Below, piece after piece: positions 1-12,779 of a stretch of 64,000 nucleotides of DNA. Origin of the DNA: Pirellulales bacterium (lineage in GTDB: Bacteria; Planctomycetota; Planctomycetia; Pirellulales; PALSA-1355); contig CAVTBU010000007.1 in NCBI GenBank assembly GCA_963733035.1, forward strand, positions 416,001 through 480,000, in the 5' to 3' direction. Position 1 is the stretch's first letter. Each line of letters starts with the position of its first letter. The notes beneath the pieces were generated by a model. It was given only the letters and a program-made list of their open reading frames with translations. It did not search any database and was not told where the DNA came from. Position numbers and translations under genes: made by a program.

Positions 1-1
1 C

Positions 2-1669
2 TCCCACGACCGCGGCCCCCGAAGCAAGCAGTTGCTTCACTTCCGCAGTCGGCATTCCATCGGCTCCAAACAGACCGTCCTTGCCTGCCTCGTGAATCCA
101 GATCACCACCCGCTTGTTCCAGTTGGCCGGATGGAAGATCACGACGGGTAGTTCCTCTCCGGCCGGACGGTTGCGAACGAGCGAATTGAGTTGGCGGTAG
201 TCGGCCTCGTCGGCTTCGGTCGTGGCCTCGTATTCCAATTGATCGGATGCCGGAAGCCGACGTCCAATGACAATGTCGAAGCCGCCCCCCACTACTTCGC
301 GAAACTTTGCCAGCGAAGTCGAGTCGCTCGGCGTCAGCGCCGCAATTTGACGATCCGCCGCTTCGGTCATGTACTTCACGAGCGATCGCTCGTAGTCGCC
401 GCCGCTGGGCGGTTTGGGATGCGCCTCGTCCCACACCGTCATCTCCGCCACCGACAGCAGCGGGAAGTCTTCCTCGATGACCGGCTCGGGAAGCTTCAGC
501 CCCAAGTGTTTGTTGAGGAATTGATACATCACTTCGCGGCTGACAAAGTTGTAGTTGTGACCGAACTGCGGCAGGACCTTCCCCAGCACCAGGTCTGGCA
601 CGCCGAGCATCACATAGTGCTGCTTGAGCTCCGGCAACCCCTTGGTCGCTAGTTCCTTTGTCCAATCGTCCGCGCCCGTCATCCCCAGCGGACGCGGCGC
701 GGTCAGAGCCGCGAACTCGATATTGCCGGTGCCCACCCGAAGCAGGCTGCAATTCTCGCAGGTGCAGCCACCTTGCATGGCGGTCGAAACCATCACGGCT
801 GGAAACGCCACGGCGGGCCGTTCGTCGATGGCCACCAGGATGAACGTCTGCGTGCCTCCACCGCTCGCGCCGGTCACGGCGATGCGGGCCGGATCGACGT
901 CAGGCAGTTCGCTCAGCCAGTCGAGCGCCCGAATCGAATTGTACGTTTGCAATCCCATGATGCTTTGCAAACGAAGTTCGGCCTGCGTGCTGTAAAAGCC
1001 CCAGTTCTCCGCTGTGTCGAAATCGGGACGCTGTTTGGAAAATCCGTGCGCCAAGCCTTCGGACAACTGTTGGCTATCGGCGCGGCCGACCATGTCGTAG
1101 TGAAACACAATGCAGCCCATCCGGGCGAGCTGTACGCAACGCGCCTGCAACGGCGATCGCGCGCCGTTCATAAATCGCTCGGCGCCGGCCACGATTTGCT
1201 TCTTGGCCTCCGCTTCGCCGGCATCGTAAAAGCGACCGTCGGCCCAGTGACCGTGCGGGCACAAAACGGCTGGCAGCTTTCCCTCCTTGCCGGTGGGGCG
1301 ATACAGATTGCCTGTCACGAAATGACCCGGGTAACTTTCCAGGTAGACGCGCTCGACGGTGTAGCCTTCGCGATCGATCTTGCCGTGCACCACGGCGTTG
1401 TGCGGCGTGCGCTCGGGCATCGGCCACAAACCGTTGGCCACTAGGACCTGTCGCCGTACGTCCGCGGCCCGACGGGTCCAATCTTCTTTGCTGGGCGACG
1501 GGGTAAACGGAAAATATCCGTTCAAGTCTTTCAGAGGTCCCAAGCGAACGTCATTTGGCGTTTGCCCCTCGGGCAAGATTCGGGGCCCAGCAGCGATGGC
1601 TGCCGGCAGCATGGCACCCAACACGAACAAACAAAGCGCAATTCGACGAGCACACGAAAAATACATCAT
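2..1669 (-). CDS. Secreted alpha/beta-hydrolase, acetylxylan-esterase-like (3' end runs off window)
   Basis: Hand translation from ATG 1669: MMYFSCARRIALCLFVLGAMLPAAIA (signal peptide), YLESYPGHFVTGNLYRP, PAVLCPHGHW, nucleophile motif GASGGGTQT, GGCTCEN. Absent from the ORF track because no stop lies inside the window. Confidence 0.8.
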   Translation of the reverse strand, partial: MMYFSCARRIALCLFVLGAMLPAAIAAGPRILPEGQTPNDVRLGPLKDLNGYFPFTPSPSKEDWTRRAADVRRQVLVANGLWPMPERTPHNAVVHGKIDREGYTVERVYLESYPGHFVTGNLYRPTGKEGKLPAVLCPHGHWADGRFYDAGEAEAKKQIVAGAERFMNGARSPLQARCVQLARMGCIVFHYDMVGRADSQQLSEGLAHGFSKQRPDFDTAENWGFYSTQAELRLQSIMGLQTYNSIRALDWLSELPDVDPARIAVTGASGGGTQTFILVAIDERPAVAFPAVMVSTAMQGGCTCENCSLLRVGTGNIEFAALTAPRPLGMTGADDWTKELATKGLPELKQHYVMLGVPDLVLGKVLPQFGHNYNFVSREVMYQFLNKHLGLKLPEPVIEEDFPLLSVAEMTVWDEAHPKPPSGGDYERSLVKYMTEAADRQIAALTPSDSTSLAKFREVVGGGFDIVIGRRLPASDQLEYEATTEADEADYRQLNSLVRNRPAGEELPVVIFHPANWNKRVVIWIHEAGKDGLFGADGMPTAEVKQLLASGAAVVG

Positions 1670-1846
1670 GGGAGTCACGTCTCGGGGGTAACGCGGTTCA
1701 GCTTCAGGTTGGATCGCTAGGTAGGATATACTGGCCCCCGTCCAGAATAGGTGCTAGCGGGCCAGAATTCCAGCGTCCCGGACGTTTGGCGGGCCGAAAT
1801 CATATCTCGGACACCCTTCCTGATTGGGGCAACTGACGAGGAGTTC

Positions 1847-2527
1847 ATGAGCGATCGACATCGGGCCGTCTATGTCGCGGCCAACGCCCAGCAGGCTCAT
1901 ATGCTGCGGAACCTATTGGCCGACGCCGGCATCAACTCGTTCGTCAGCAACGACACGCTGAACGGCGTCCATTTTTCCCCAGGCGACTGGATGGTCCGCG
2001 CCGCCGGTGGTCCTGGGTTCGAGCCCACCGCGCCCAAGATCGTTGTTCACGAGGACCATGCCGAACAGGCTCGACAAATCCTGTTGGCAGCGGAAGTCAC
2101 GCTCGACAGCGGCGAGGCCTCGCCCGAATTAACGCGGCTGGTCGCCGAAGCCGACGCCGACGCGCACTGGCCAGCATGCCCACATTGCGGTCGGCCGCGT
2201 CTGGCAACTTGTCCGATCTGCAAGTCTTCGGGAACCGACTTCGCCGAGGCTTTCTTGCCAGAGTCGGACGATATTGCGACCGACGAGCAGCAGCATTTGG
2301 TGCTTTGTCCGACCTGCGACGAGGCGTTCGCGCCGCGCTATCCGGCCCGCTGCGAATGGTGCGGACATCGATTCCGCGACGGCTACGAAGCGCCCGAGCC
2401 GAAGCCGCTTCTCTCGCCGCCGCAATTGCCGGCGGACATGAACGGCCGCGTGGGGCTATTACTGCTGGGAATGGCGGTCGTACTGGCAGCACTGTTCGGT
2501 TGGTTTTCCTTTTTGGTCGAGCGCTGA
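1847..2527 (+). CDS. DUF2007-like domain, four CxxC zinc-ribbon motifs and a C-terminal transmembrane helix
   Basis: GAGGAG RBS before ATG 1847; QAHMLRNLLADAGINSFV...KIVVHEDHAEQARQIL; CPHC, CPIC, CPTC, CEWC; hydrophobic C-terminus. Confidence 0.7.
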   Translation: MSDRHRAVYVAANAQQAHMLRNLLADAGINSFVSNDTLNGVHFSPGDWMVRAAGGPGFEPTAPKIVVHEDHAEQARQILLAAEVTLDSGEASPELTRLVAEADADAHWPACPHCGRPRLATCPICKSSGTDFAEAFLPESDDIATDEQQHLVLCPTCDEAFAPRYPARCEWCGHRFRDGYEAPEPKPLLSPPQLPADMNGRVGLLLLGMAVVLAALFGWFSFLVER

Positions 2528-2607
2528 TCGCGGTGGATGCCGCCAACTAGCACCGACGACACGGTTGACCAGCGGTGCGAATGCCACCCGCGGCGCGACG
2601 GCCCAAA

Positions 2608-2636
2608 CGCCGTCGGCGTTGCCTCCGGGCTAAACG
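2608..2636 (-). repeat. REP-like palindromic repeat, solo copy
   Basis: cgccgtcggcgttgcctccgggctaaacg is identical to 50275-50303; lies between convergent genes just after the thiC stop. Confidence 0.9.
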
Positions 2637-2657
2637 CGATGCCGGTTGCCGAAGACG

Positions 2658-4064
<1,407 letters not shown>

Positions 4065-4279
4065 TCATCGTATCGGTCGTAGAGTGTTTGTCAATTCAAA
4101 GCGTATGCCGTCACGATGCTTTGGGGGCCGGCCCGGCAGTTGCGAATCGGGCTGTGCAACTCTCGCGTGGCATCACGTTGGCGGCCGTGCTATATTCGAG
4201 CCATACGAGGGGGCACGAGTATCCCAGCTGTGCGATGGATTCGCTCGTCGCCTTCCGGTTGCTCACGTGGAGAACCACG

Positions 4280-4699
4280 ATGAAATCCGTCTCGCTCGTA
4301 GCGCTTTGCGCATGTAGTCTTTTTCTTGACGCTGCCCGAGCTGCCGACGAACAAGCCGACCAGCAAAAACTCCAGGGCAAGTGGATCGTCGACTCGTTCG
4401 AGTTCGACGGTATGCCAGTCGATCAAATGACCGGCGCAACCCGCGAGTTCGTCGGCGACAAATACACGCTCGTCCCCAAATCTGGCGAGTCCTACAGCGG
4501 CACGTTCAAGCTCGCGCCGGGCGAGTCGCCCAAGCAAATCGATCTGATCATGCCCGACCGAACCCTTCAGGGCATCTACGAGCTGGACGGGCAAATTCTA
4601 AAGATGGCCTATACGCTCGACGGCGACGCGCGACCAACCGAGCTTGCAAGCAAACCGGGAACCGGTGTCGTGCTAGTCGTGCACAAGAAAGCGAATTAG
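4280..4699 (+). CDS. Secreted TIGR03067-like planctomycete protein
   Basis: Signal peptide; KLQGKW...FKL...PKQIDL...GIYELDG.ILKMAY...RPTEL pattern. Confidence 0.8.
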   Translation: MKSVSLVALCACSLFLDAARAADEQADQQKLQGKWIVDSFEFDGMPVDQMTGATREFVGDKYTLVPKSGESYSGTFKLAPGESPKQIDLIMPDRTLQGIYELDGQILKMAYTLDGDARPTELASKPGTGVVLVVHKKAN

Positions 4700-4712
4700 C
4701 CGAACTGAAGCT

Positions 4713-4740
4713 GTTTAGCCCGGAGCCAGCGGCGAAGGTG
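4713..4740 (+). repeat. Divergent REP copy
   Basis: GTTTAGCCCGGAGCCAGCGGCGAAGG shares the GTTTAGCCCGGAG head; inner stem GCC/GGC replaces GGC/GCC; lies between convergent genes. Confidence 0.7.
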
Positions 4741-4808
4741 CTTTTGCACGACCCGCCACAGACGTCCACGGCGATATTTCCGCGCAATTGAATTCCGTCG
4801 CGCGGCAG

Positions 4809-6191
4809 CTACAGTGTCTTCAAGTACTCGAGCACCGCCTGCTTTTCATCGTCGGTCAGCGCATCGGGAAACGTGTGCCCTGCGGCGCTTTTGCCGAATT
4901 GCGTGGTGTCGAAATACTTGCGGCGCTCGCGACCCGACTTCACGTCCGCCGGAAGCTCGTCAAAGGTGGCAATCTCCAGCCCGACGTTTTGCTGATCGTA
5001 GCCGTCCTCGGTGCGGCGCCACACTTTGGGCCGCTCGCTGGGATGCAGCACGTGCCATAGCGTCGGCACCGCGCCGTTGTGGAAGTACGGCCCAGAGGCC
5101 CAAATGCCGTCCAGCGGCGGGGCGACGTAGCCGCCCGGATCGTCAACCGTCTCATCCTCGCCGAAGTGGCCAAACCACGTCTTGGCATAGCCGCGCCGGT
5201 GCTCGGGCGAAAGCGACTTGAGCCGCACAGGATCGGTGGCGACTTCCTCGATCGGCACGATCTTGTTCGGATAGGTCTCCTCGGCGCCATAAGTGCCGTG
5301 ACAGTCGGCACAGTGATTGTTAAAAACCACCTCGCCCTGCCCTGCCAATTGCTTGTCGACTGCAAACGGGTATGCCGGCGCTTCGAGCGATTCGAGCCAG
5401 GCGTAAACTTCCTCGAACTCGTCTTCGAGTTCCGCGAACTGCTTCGGCCCATTTTCCGGAATCAGCATGAACTGCATCAGCGGTCGGTGCCCCTTGGGCG
5501 CAAAACCGTCGCAGTAAAGATGCGACTTCTTTTTGAAGTTCCACCAGGCCGGGGCATCGTGATCGTGATGCGTCATCGGCGGCGGCACACTCGGCCTGAA
5601 GTTCAACTCGGGGTCGCGATTGGCCATCAGGGCCACGCCAAACATCACGGCGTTGGTTGTGCCATTGCTCGTGCCCAGGGGAAAGACGGTCGAGGCCAGA
5701 TCCATTCGCGCCAGCTTCTTATGAAGCTTCAGCTTCGTGCTGCGGACGTCCTCCATCAGCGTCTGCATCGCGAAATGCGAATTCGGCACACCGGGAATCA
5801 CCATGCCCGCTACCTTTCCCTGGTGGCAAGATAGGCAATTCATCGTCCAGGTGCCGTTCGACTCGACGACGTATTGTTGCGGCTTTCCGGACGTGTCACC
5901 GGGAGTGGAGGTGAAACCGTACCGCGAGAATGCCATTTGCCGCCGCTCTTCGGGAGTCGCCTTTTCGGCCTCGCTGCGTGCTGGCTCTTCCCAGACCTGC
6001 CAAATGTTGTCGAACACCTCCTGATCAAAGTCGGCCGACAGGATCGGCTCGCTGGTCAGAAATTTGTAACCGGCCGCGGCATAAGCCTTTGGAACAATCG
6101 GGTCGATCTGGATGGCCAGCGGATTGTCGGCGGCCAATGCGAGTGAAGCGGCGAAAACCGCTGCCAGCGAGGCCGAAACGGTGAGCCTCAT
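4809..6191 (-). CDS. Exported di-heme c-type cytochrome (RoxA/cytochrome c peroxidase-like)
   Basis: Signal peptide from MRLTVS; CLSCH and CADCH; YVAPPLDGIWASGPYFHNGAVPTL; GHTF...VLEYLKTL. Confidence 0.8.
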   Translation of the reverse strand: MRLTVSASLAAVFAASLALAADNPLAIQIDPIVPKAYAAAGYKFLTSEPILSADFDQEVFDNIWQVWEEPARSEAEKATPEERRQMAFSRYGFTSTPGDTSGKPQQYVVESNGTWTMNCLSCHQGKVAGMVIPGVPNSHFAMQTLMEDVRSTKLKLHKKLARMDLASTVFPLGTSNGTTNAVMFGVALMANRDPELNFRPSVPPPMTHHDHDAPAWWNFKKKSHLYCDGFAPKGHRPLMQFMLIPENGPKQFAELEDEFEEVYAWLESLEAPAYPFAVDKQLAGQGEVVFNNHCADCHGTYGAEETYPNKIVPIEEVATDPVRLKSLSPEHRRGYAKTWFGHFGEDETVDDPGGYVAPPLDGIWASGPYFHNGAVPTLWHVLHPSERPKVWRRTEDGYDQQNVGLEIATFDELPADVKSGRERRKYFDTTQFGKSAAGHTFPDALTDDEKQAVLEYLKTL

Positions 6192-6383
6192 GCGATCAAC
6201 TCCCGAGGGTGGTGCGTTGCGCGTTAGTGTAACACGCCGCCACCAAGAAAGAAATATCCGGACAAGTCGGTCCATAGCCCACCCCGGCTTCCGGCGAACG
6301 ACTGGTAAATGGTTTTGGGATGCGGGCGCGCTCGACCGCTGCAAGGTTTCCTGGGTGCGGCACCGCGACTTACCACCTTGTTG

Positions 6384-7169
6384 TCAGTTGCGAGTTCGTT
6401 GCTTGTAGAGTCCCCAAAAGTCCGGCGCGACGGTTTCCCGGTTCGGGTCGCTTCGGGTGAAGAAGTACTGGGGGCCCAGGTGGGCAAGAACCGCCTCCTC
6501 GCGGGCCTGGTATGCGGGCGTGTTCCACGATTCGGGAGAGTCGGCCAGCGACAGGAGCACGCCATCACTAATCGCATGCGCCTCGCTGGCGGGTGCGGAG
6601 ACGAGTTGGTCGCGTCCGATCAGGTTCACATAGACGTTGCCAAAGTAATTCAGCCAGTACAGCCCAGGAAGATACTTTGTCAGCCGAATACCCACTGCCC
6701 AGGTTCCTTCTTGGTCGCTGTGCATATTCTTGGCTTCGAACTCCTCTCGCAGATGAGCGTGCCCGTACGTAATGGGCAACTGAGCACAGATGTCCCGAAA
6801 CAACTTGTGGACCGTTGGCACGACCGGACTGCCTTCGATGGACGGGAGATCAAGAAACTCGATTGAGAGTCGGTTCATGTCAGGAGGGTATGTTGTGTCG
6901 CAGTAATGCAGATAAAACCTGGCGCCGGGCTGCTTGGTCCATAGAACGCCACGTCCCAATCCCCTCCGAGGTGGAAGCGACTCGTGTACGAATTCATAGA
7001 GCTGCGACGGATCCCGGATTGCCATTGCATCCGGATCGTCCTCAAGGCAAGAAGCCCGGAGCCGAGAGTACCAGCTCGGCAAATGCTCACGCAGCACGGC
7101 CATCAGCGAATCCAATTGCGGCCGATCGAACATCGGCCGATCGAGGCAGAAAGAACACCAAATATGCAT
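6384..7169 (-). CDS. Hypothetical protein, possible toxin-immunity protein
   Basis: Strong GGAGGAG RBS; LPGLYWLNYFG..YVNLIG...DGVLLSLADSP resembles immunity-type proteins (inference). Confidence 0.55.
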   Translation of the reverse strand: MHIWCSFCLDRPMFDRPQLDSLMAVLREHLPSWYSRLRASCLEDDPDAMAIRDPSQLYEFVHESLPPRRGLGRGVLWTKQPGARFYLHYCDTTYPPDMNRLSIEFLDLPSIEGSPVVPTVHKLFRDICAQLPITYGHAHLREEFEAKNMHSDQEGTWAVGIRLTKYLPGLYWLNYFGNVYVNLIGRDQLVSAPASEAHAISDGVLLSLADSPESWNTPAYQAREEAVLAHLGPQYFFTRSDPNRETVAPDFWGLYKQRTRN

Positions 7170-7197
7170 TGCGCTCCTCCACGGAGTTCATTTCGAT

Positions 7198-7311
7198 CTA
7201 TTTGCCGTCGAGCCGCTCGATTCGTCCCCAGCCGCCTGTAAAGAACTCCCCCCAACTGCGCACTCGCTTGTAGCCGAATTTGGCGCTAAGCTCGTCGACG
7301 AGCTTTCCCAT
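7198..7311 (-). pseudogene. Short ORF or C-terminal gene remnant upstream of the putative immunity gene
   Basis: MGKLVDELSAKFGYKRVRSWGEFFTGGWGRIERLDGK*; the frame extends ~12 codons upstream (LRLAAILKKALE) to a stop. Confidence 0.3.
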
Positions 7312-7445
7312 CTCCAAGGCCTTTTTCAGAATGGCGGCTAAGCGAAGTCAGCATTGACGCGAGCCGTTCATGGCAAACGGCGATAGGAAAGGATATTCTC
7401 GCGTCGATAGAGGCTCCGTCACCGCGCGACCGCAATGGCCCTCGC

Positions 7446-8844
7446 TTACAGCGTCCAGCCCTTGCGATATTCGGAGTGCACGAACGCATTGAGTTCCGGG
7501 GCGTTGGTTAGCCGCTGATTTTCCGCGTCCCACTCGAGCCGCCGGCCGGGAGCGCGCATCGCCAGCACGCCGAGCAGCGCAATCTCGGTCAGGGGGCCAC
7601 TGTAGTCGAAATTGGAGACGGGGCGACCGTCGCCTTTGCATGCCGCCAGCCACTCCTCGTAATGCCCGACCGAGCGGGGAATTGTCTTGGGCACCTTCGC
7701 CGCTTCTTCATGCAGCGCCGCCGGCAGCAACTGCGGCATGCCGCCGTGCGAACCATGAAACATCTTGCCCTTGGTGCCGACGTAGAGCACCCCGTTGCCA
7801 GGTAGCTCACTCACGGCCGGCATTTCCGCCGGCGTCGGCGGCATCAAGCCTCCTTCGTACCAGGTCATCCGCACCGGGGGCTGCGTGCCGCGCGCCGGAA
7901 ACTCGTAGGTGATGATCGAGGCGATCGGAAACGTCTCGCGGTTCGGGCTGCCGTCGGCCCGACGCGAGCCATCGAGCGTCGAACGACATTCGACCGTGGT
8001 CGGCGCGCCGAGCCCCAGTGCCCACACCGGATGGTCGATGATGTGGCAACCCATGTCGCCCAGCGCGCCCGTTCCAAAATCCCACCAACCGCGCCAGTTG
8101 TGCGGCGCGTAGGCGGGATGATAGGGACGCTGCGGGGCCGGACCTAACCACAGATCCCAATTCAACGTTGTCGGCACCGGCGGCATATCGGCAGGCCGAC
8201 CGATGCCCTGCTTCCACAGTAGCCCCGCGCGGTCGCTCCAGGTGTGTACTTCGGTGACGTCGCCGATCACGCCCGCCTGGATCCATTCGTTGGTCAGTCG
8301 CGCTCCTTCGGTGGCATGCCCTTGATTACCCATCTGCGTGGCGACTCCGGCGCTGCGGGCGGCCTTGGTCAGTTCGCGGCATTCGTGCAGCGTGTGGGTG
8401 AGTGGTTTTTGGCAATAGACGTGCTTGCCGGCGCGAATGGCGGCCATTGCGGCCACGGCATGCGTATGGTCGGGCGTGCCGACCGAGACCGCATCGATGT
8501 GCCTGGCCTCTTGATCGAGCATTTTTCGAAAATCCTGATACCGCGGCGCCTTGGGAAAGGCGTTGAAAATTCCGGCCGCCCGTTGCTCGTCCACGTCGCA
8601 CAGCGCCACGATGTTTGCGCCGTTCTTGGCGTGTGTCGCGATGTCGCCGCCGCCCATCCCCCCTGCCCCGATCCCCGCCAGGTTGACGCGCTCGACTCGG
8701 CGCCAGGTAACCGCCGCCCCCAAGCACGTGCCGCGGCACGATCATGAAGCTGAACGCGGCTGCGCTGCCGGCCAGGAAACTACGTCGGCTGGGAAAATCG
8801 CCGGTGGTCGATTTTGTCGTGTGTGAAGCGATGCGATGTTTCAT
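7446..8844 (-). CDS. Tat-exported Gfo/Idh/MocA oxidoreductase (frameshift ~8700)
   Basis: SRRSFL Tat motif and IVPRHVLGG in one frame; ERVNLAGIGAGGMG, TPDHTHA, HVYCQKP, GALGDMGCH in another. Confidence 0.9.
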
Positions 8845-9000
8845 CGAAGCTCCTTTCGGGCGAACAAGCGAGCGCGGGTAGGATGGTGCGTTGCAAGTGG
8901 GACTTAGTATAGCGGGGGCGCACGTGCCGCGCGGTTGGCGGTCGCGAATCGTCAGAATGCCGTATTCAAGACGGGGGATGCCGAAGTGGTCACGGGCGGA

Positions 9001-9029
9001 CGCGGTCGGCGATGCCTCGCGGCTAAACG
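9001..9029 (-). repeat. Divergent REP copy just downstream of metH
   Basis: Reverse complement CGTTTAGCCGCGAGGCATCGCCGACCGCG matches the REP consensus with a few substitutions. Confidence 0.75.
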
Positions 9030-9040
9030 GTTCCGCGTGG

Positions 9041-12000
9041 CTAGCTCTTCGTGGGCTCGTAACCTAAGTTCGGGGCCAGCCAGCGCTCAACTTCCGCGAG
9101 CGTCATTCCCTTGCGTTTGGCGTAGTCTTCGGCCTGGTCGCGGGCGATGCGGTCGACCGAGAAGTAGCGGGCCTCGGGATGGGCGAAGTACAGGCCGCTG
9201 ACACTGGCGGCCGGCAGCATCGCGAAGCTTTCGGTCAGCTCGATGCTGGCCTTGTTGGTGGCATCGAGCAGTTTGAACAAGATCGCCTTTTCGGTGTGAT
9301 CGGGGCAGGCCGGGTAGCCGGCCGCGGGACGAATACCGCGGTACTTCTCGGCAATCAATTCGTCGTTCGAGAGATTCTCCTCGTCGCCGTAGCCCCAGTC
9401 GTGGCGGGCACGCTTGTGCAGGCATTCGGCAAACGCTTCGGCCAGTCGATCGGCCAGGGCCTTCACCAGAATGGAATGGTAGTCGTCGTGGTCGGCTTCG
9501 TACTGGGCCACCAGTTTGTCGATGCCGATGCCGGTCGTGACCGCAAACGCGCCGAGATAATCTGGCCGACCGCTATCGAGCGGAGCGACGTAATCGGCCA
9601 GCGACGTGAAATGCTTCTGACCCTTGCGTTCCCACTGTTGGCGCAGCATGTGAAACCGTGTCAGTTCCCGCTGCCGCGACTCGTCGGCATACAGCACGAC
9701 GTCGTCTCCCACGGAGCCCGCCGGCCAGAAGCCGTACACACCGCGCGCGGTCAGCAGCTTTTCGCTGACGATCCGCTTGAGCATCGCTTGGGCGTCTGCG
9801 TAGAGTTTTTTCGCACTCTCGCCGTAGGTCGGATCGTCGAAGATCTTGGGATACTTGCCCTTCAGTTCCCAGGTGAGAAAGAACGGCGACCAATCGATAA
9901 AGTCCACCAGCTGCTCGAGCGGGAAATCCTCCAGCACCCGCACGCCCGTGAACGACGGTTTGTCGATCCGCACATTGGCCCAATCGGTCGGCAGGTGTCT
10001 TGCCTTGGCCTCGGCATAGGGTGTCAGCGCGATCTGCTGCCGGGTGTTGTACGACTCGACCAGCGCTTCCTGATCCTGCCGGTTCTTGGCTTCGAAGCCG
10101 GTCCGCAGTTTCGGATTAATCAGTCGATCGACGACCCCCACGCTGCGCGAGGCGTCGAGCACGTGCACCGTCGCATTGCGATAGGCCGGGGCGATTTTGA
10201 CGGCCGTGTGCTTGGCGCTGGTGGTGGCCCCGCCAATGAGCAGCGGGATGTCGAAGTCTTGGCGGTCCATTTCGCCAGCCACGTGCACCATCTCGTCGAG
10301 GCTCGGCGTGATCAAGCCCGACAGCCCGATCATGTCGACACCTTCGCTACGGGCGGTCTCCAGAATCTTTTCGCAGGGAACCATCACGCCCAAATCGATT
10401 ATTTCGTAATTGTTGCAGCCGAGCACCACGCCGACGATGTTTTTGCCGATGTCGTGCACGTCCCCCTTGACCGTGGCCAAGAGCACTTTTCCGCGAGCCG
10501 ACTGCGACTGCGTACCGGCTTCGATCTTCTCCTGCTCCATGTAGGGCAGCAGGTAGGCCACGGCCTTCTTCATTACCCGCGCGCTTTTGACGACTTGCGG
10601 CAGGAACATTTTGCCGGCGCCGAACAGGTCGCCGACGATCGACATGCCGTCCATCAGCGGCCCTTCAATGATCTGCAGGCAGCGATCGTATTTTTGCCGA
10701 GCTTCCTCAACATCTTGTTCGACGTAGTCGACAATGCCCTTGACCAGCGCATGCGCCAGCCGCTTTTCCAAAGGTTCGTTGCGCCAGGCCAGCGTCTGTG
10801 CCTCGCTCGGGCCGCCTGACTTTTTAACCGTTTCGGCAAAGCTGACGAGCCGCTCGGTGGCATCCGGCCGGCGATTGAGCAGCACGTCTTCGACCAACGC
10901 GAGCAGGTCCTTGGGAATCTCCTCGTAGACCGCGAGCTGACCGGCGTTGACGATGCCCATGTCCAGCCCGGCATGGATCGCGTGATACAGGAATGCCGCG
11001 TGAATCGCCTCGCGCACCACGTCGTTACCGCGAAACGAGAACGACACGTTGCTCACTCCGCCAGAAACCTTGGCGCCCGGACAGCGCTGCTTGATCAGCT
11101 TCATGGCCTCGAAGAAGTTGACCGCGTAGTTGTTGTGCTCCTCGATCCCCGTGGCCACGGTGAGGATGTTCGGATCGAAGATGATATCCTCGGGCGGCAT
11201 GCCCACTTTTTCGGTGAGCAGCTTGTAGGCCCGCTCGCAGATGGCCGCCTTGCGGTCGGTTTCGGTGGCCTGCCCTTCCTCATCAAACGCCATGACCACG
11301 ACGGCGGCGCCGTAGCGGCGTACCAGTCGGGCGTGGTGCAGGAACTGCTCTTCCCCCTCCTTGAGGCTGATCGAGTTGACGATGCCCTTGCCCTGGACGC
11401 ACTTGAGGCCGGCCTCGATGACCGACCACTTGGAGCTGTCGACCATGATCGGAACCCGGGCAATCTCGGGTTCGGCCGAGACGAGGTTCAGGAACTTCGT
11501 CATGGCTGCCTCGCCGTCGAGCATGCCTTCGTCCATGTTGACGTCGATCACATTCGCGCCGGCCTCGACCTGCTCGCGGGCCACGGCGATCGCCTCCTCG
11601 TACTTCTCGTTGAGGATCAAACGGGCGAACTTCTTCGAGCCCGTGACGTTGGTGCGCTCGCCAATCATCAAGAAGTTGCTGTCCGGCCGGATCGTGAGCA
11701 CTTCGAGTCCGCTTAAGCGAGTCAGCGGTTCGATCTTCGGCCGCTTTCGGGGCTGCTTGTCGGCCACCGCCTCGGCGATGGCCTTGATATGGGCAGGCGT
11801 TGTTCCGCAACAACCGCCGACAATGTTCAGCCAGCCGTTGGCCGCGAATTCGCCAAGTACCTTGGCCATCATCTGGGGTGTTTCGTCGAAGCCGCCGAAA
11901 GCGTTCGGCAGGCCGGCGTTCGGATAGCAACTCACATAGATCGGCGCGATCCGCGATAGCTCTTCGACATACGGCCGCAGCATTTCGGGGCCAAGTGCGC

Positions 12001-12751
12001 AGTTCATGCCCACGCTGAGCAAATCGGCATGCGAGATCGAGTTCCAGCAGGCCTCGACCGTTTGGGCCGAGAGCGTGCGGCCGCCGTCGAAGATGGTGAA
12101 CGAAGCCATCACCGGCAGGCGGATATCGTGATCGAGAAAGTACTTCTCGACGGCAAACAAACAGGCCTTGAGCACCAACGTATCGAACGCCGTCTCGCAA
12201 AGCAGGATGTCGACGCCCCCTTCCACCAGCGCGTCAACTTGTTCGTAGTAAGTTTCGACCATCTGGTCGAACGTGGCGCTGCGGTAGCCAGGGTCGTTGA
12301 CGTTGCCGGCAATGGAAAGCTGCTTGTTCGTCGGCCCGATCGAGCCGGCTACGAATCGCGGTCGCTCGGGTGTCTGCAGACTGAGCTGATCGGCGGCCTT
12401 GCGGGCAAGCGCCACGGCCGCCAGATTCAACTCGCGCACACAGTCCGACATGCCAAAGTCGGCCATCGCCACGCTGGTCGCGCCGAAGGTGTTCGTTTCG
12501 ACGATATCGGCCCCCGCCTCCAGATATTGCCGATGAATCTGCTCGATCGCGTCCGGCTGGGTAAGCACCAGGACGTCAATGAAGTTCTTCAGGTCGTGTG
12601 TATGCCTGGCAAACCGCTCGCCGCGGAAGTCTGCCTCGTCGAACTTGAGGGCATGCACCATCGTGCCCATCGCTCCGTCGAGCACCAAAATGCGCTGTTG
12701 GAGCAGTTTTTCGAGGATTTCGCGTGACTGGGCTTGCTGGAGAACGGTCAT
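9041..12751 (-). CDS. metH: Cobalamin-dependent methionine synthase
   Basis: [40 protein letters not shown] (B12-binding), [14 protein letters not shown]; start taken at MTVLQQ. Confidence 0.97.
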   Translation of the reverse strand: MTVLQQAQSREILEKLLQQRILVLDGAMGTMVHALKFDEADFRGERFARHTHDLKNFIDVLVLTQPDAIEQIHRQYLEAGADIVETNTFGATSVAMADFGMSDCVRELNLAAVALARKAADQLSLQTPERPRFVAGSIGPTNKQLSIAGNVNDPGYRSATFDQMVETYYEQVDALVEGGVDILLCETAFDTLVLKACLFAVEKYFLDHDIRLPVMASFTIFDGGRTLSAQTVEACWNSISHADLLSVGMNCALGPEMLRPYVEELSRIAPIYVSCYPNAGLPNAFGGFDETPQMMAKVLGEFAANGWLNIVGGCCGTTPAHIKAIAEAVADKQPRKRPKIEPLTRLSGLEVLTIRPDSNFLMIGERTNVTGSKKFARLILNEKYEEAIAVAREQVEAGANVIDVNMDEGMLDGEAAMTKFLNLVSAEPEIARVPIMVDSSKWSVIEAGLKCVQGKGIVNSISLKEGEEQFLHHARLVRRYGAAVVVMAFDEEGQATETDRKAAICERAYKLLTEKVGMPPEDIIFDPNILTVATGIEEHNNYAVNFFEAMKLIKQRCPGAKVSGGVSNVSFSFRGNDVVREAIHAAFLYHAIHAGLDMGIVNAGQLAVYEEIPKDLLALVEDVLLNRRPDATERLVSFAETVKKSGGPSEAQTLAWRNEPLEKRLAHALVKGIVDYVEQDVEEARQKYDRCLQIIEGPLMDGMSIVGDLFGAGKMFLPQVVKSARVMKKAVAYLLPYMEQEKIEAGTQSQSARGKVLLATVKGDVHDIGKNIVGVVLGCNNYEIIDLGVMVPCEKILETARSEGVDMIGLSGLITPSLDEMVHVAGEMDRQDFDIPLLIGGATTSAKHTAVKIAPAYRNATVHVLDASRSVGVVDRLINPKLRTGFEAKNRQDQEALVESYNTRQQIALTPYAEAKARHLPTDWANVRIDKPSFTGVRVLEDFPLEQLVDFIDWSPFFLTWELKGKYPKIFDDPTYGESAKKLYADAQAMLKRIVSEKLLTARGVYGFWPAGSVGDDVVLYADESRQRELTRFHMLRQQWERKGQKHFTSLADYVAPLDSGRPDYLGAFAVTTGIGIDKLVAQYEADHDDYHSILVKALADRLAEAFAECLHKRARHDWGYGDEENLSNDELIAEKYRGIRPAAGYPACPDHTEKAILFKLLDATNKASIELTESFAMLPAASVSGLYFAHPEARYFSVDRIARDQAEDYAKRKGMTLAEVERWLAPNLGYEPTKS

Positions 12752-12779
12752 AGGCTTTCGCTGGGGGAACTGGGGGACC

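Noticed and set aside
9179..10819. Long antisense ORFs (also 20457-22292, 38040-39326, 47584-48936)
   Set aside because: These are shadows of real genes in GC-rich DNA and show no recognisable motifs.
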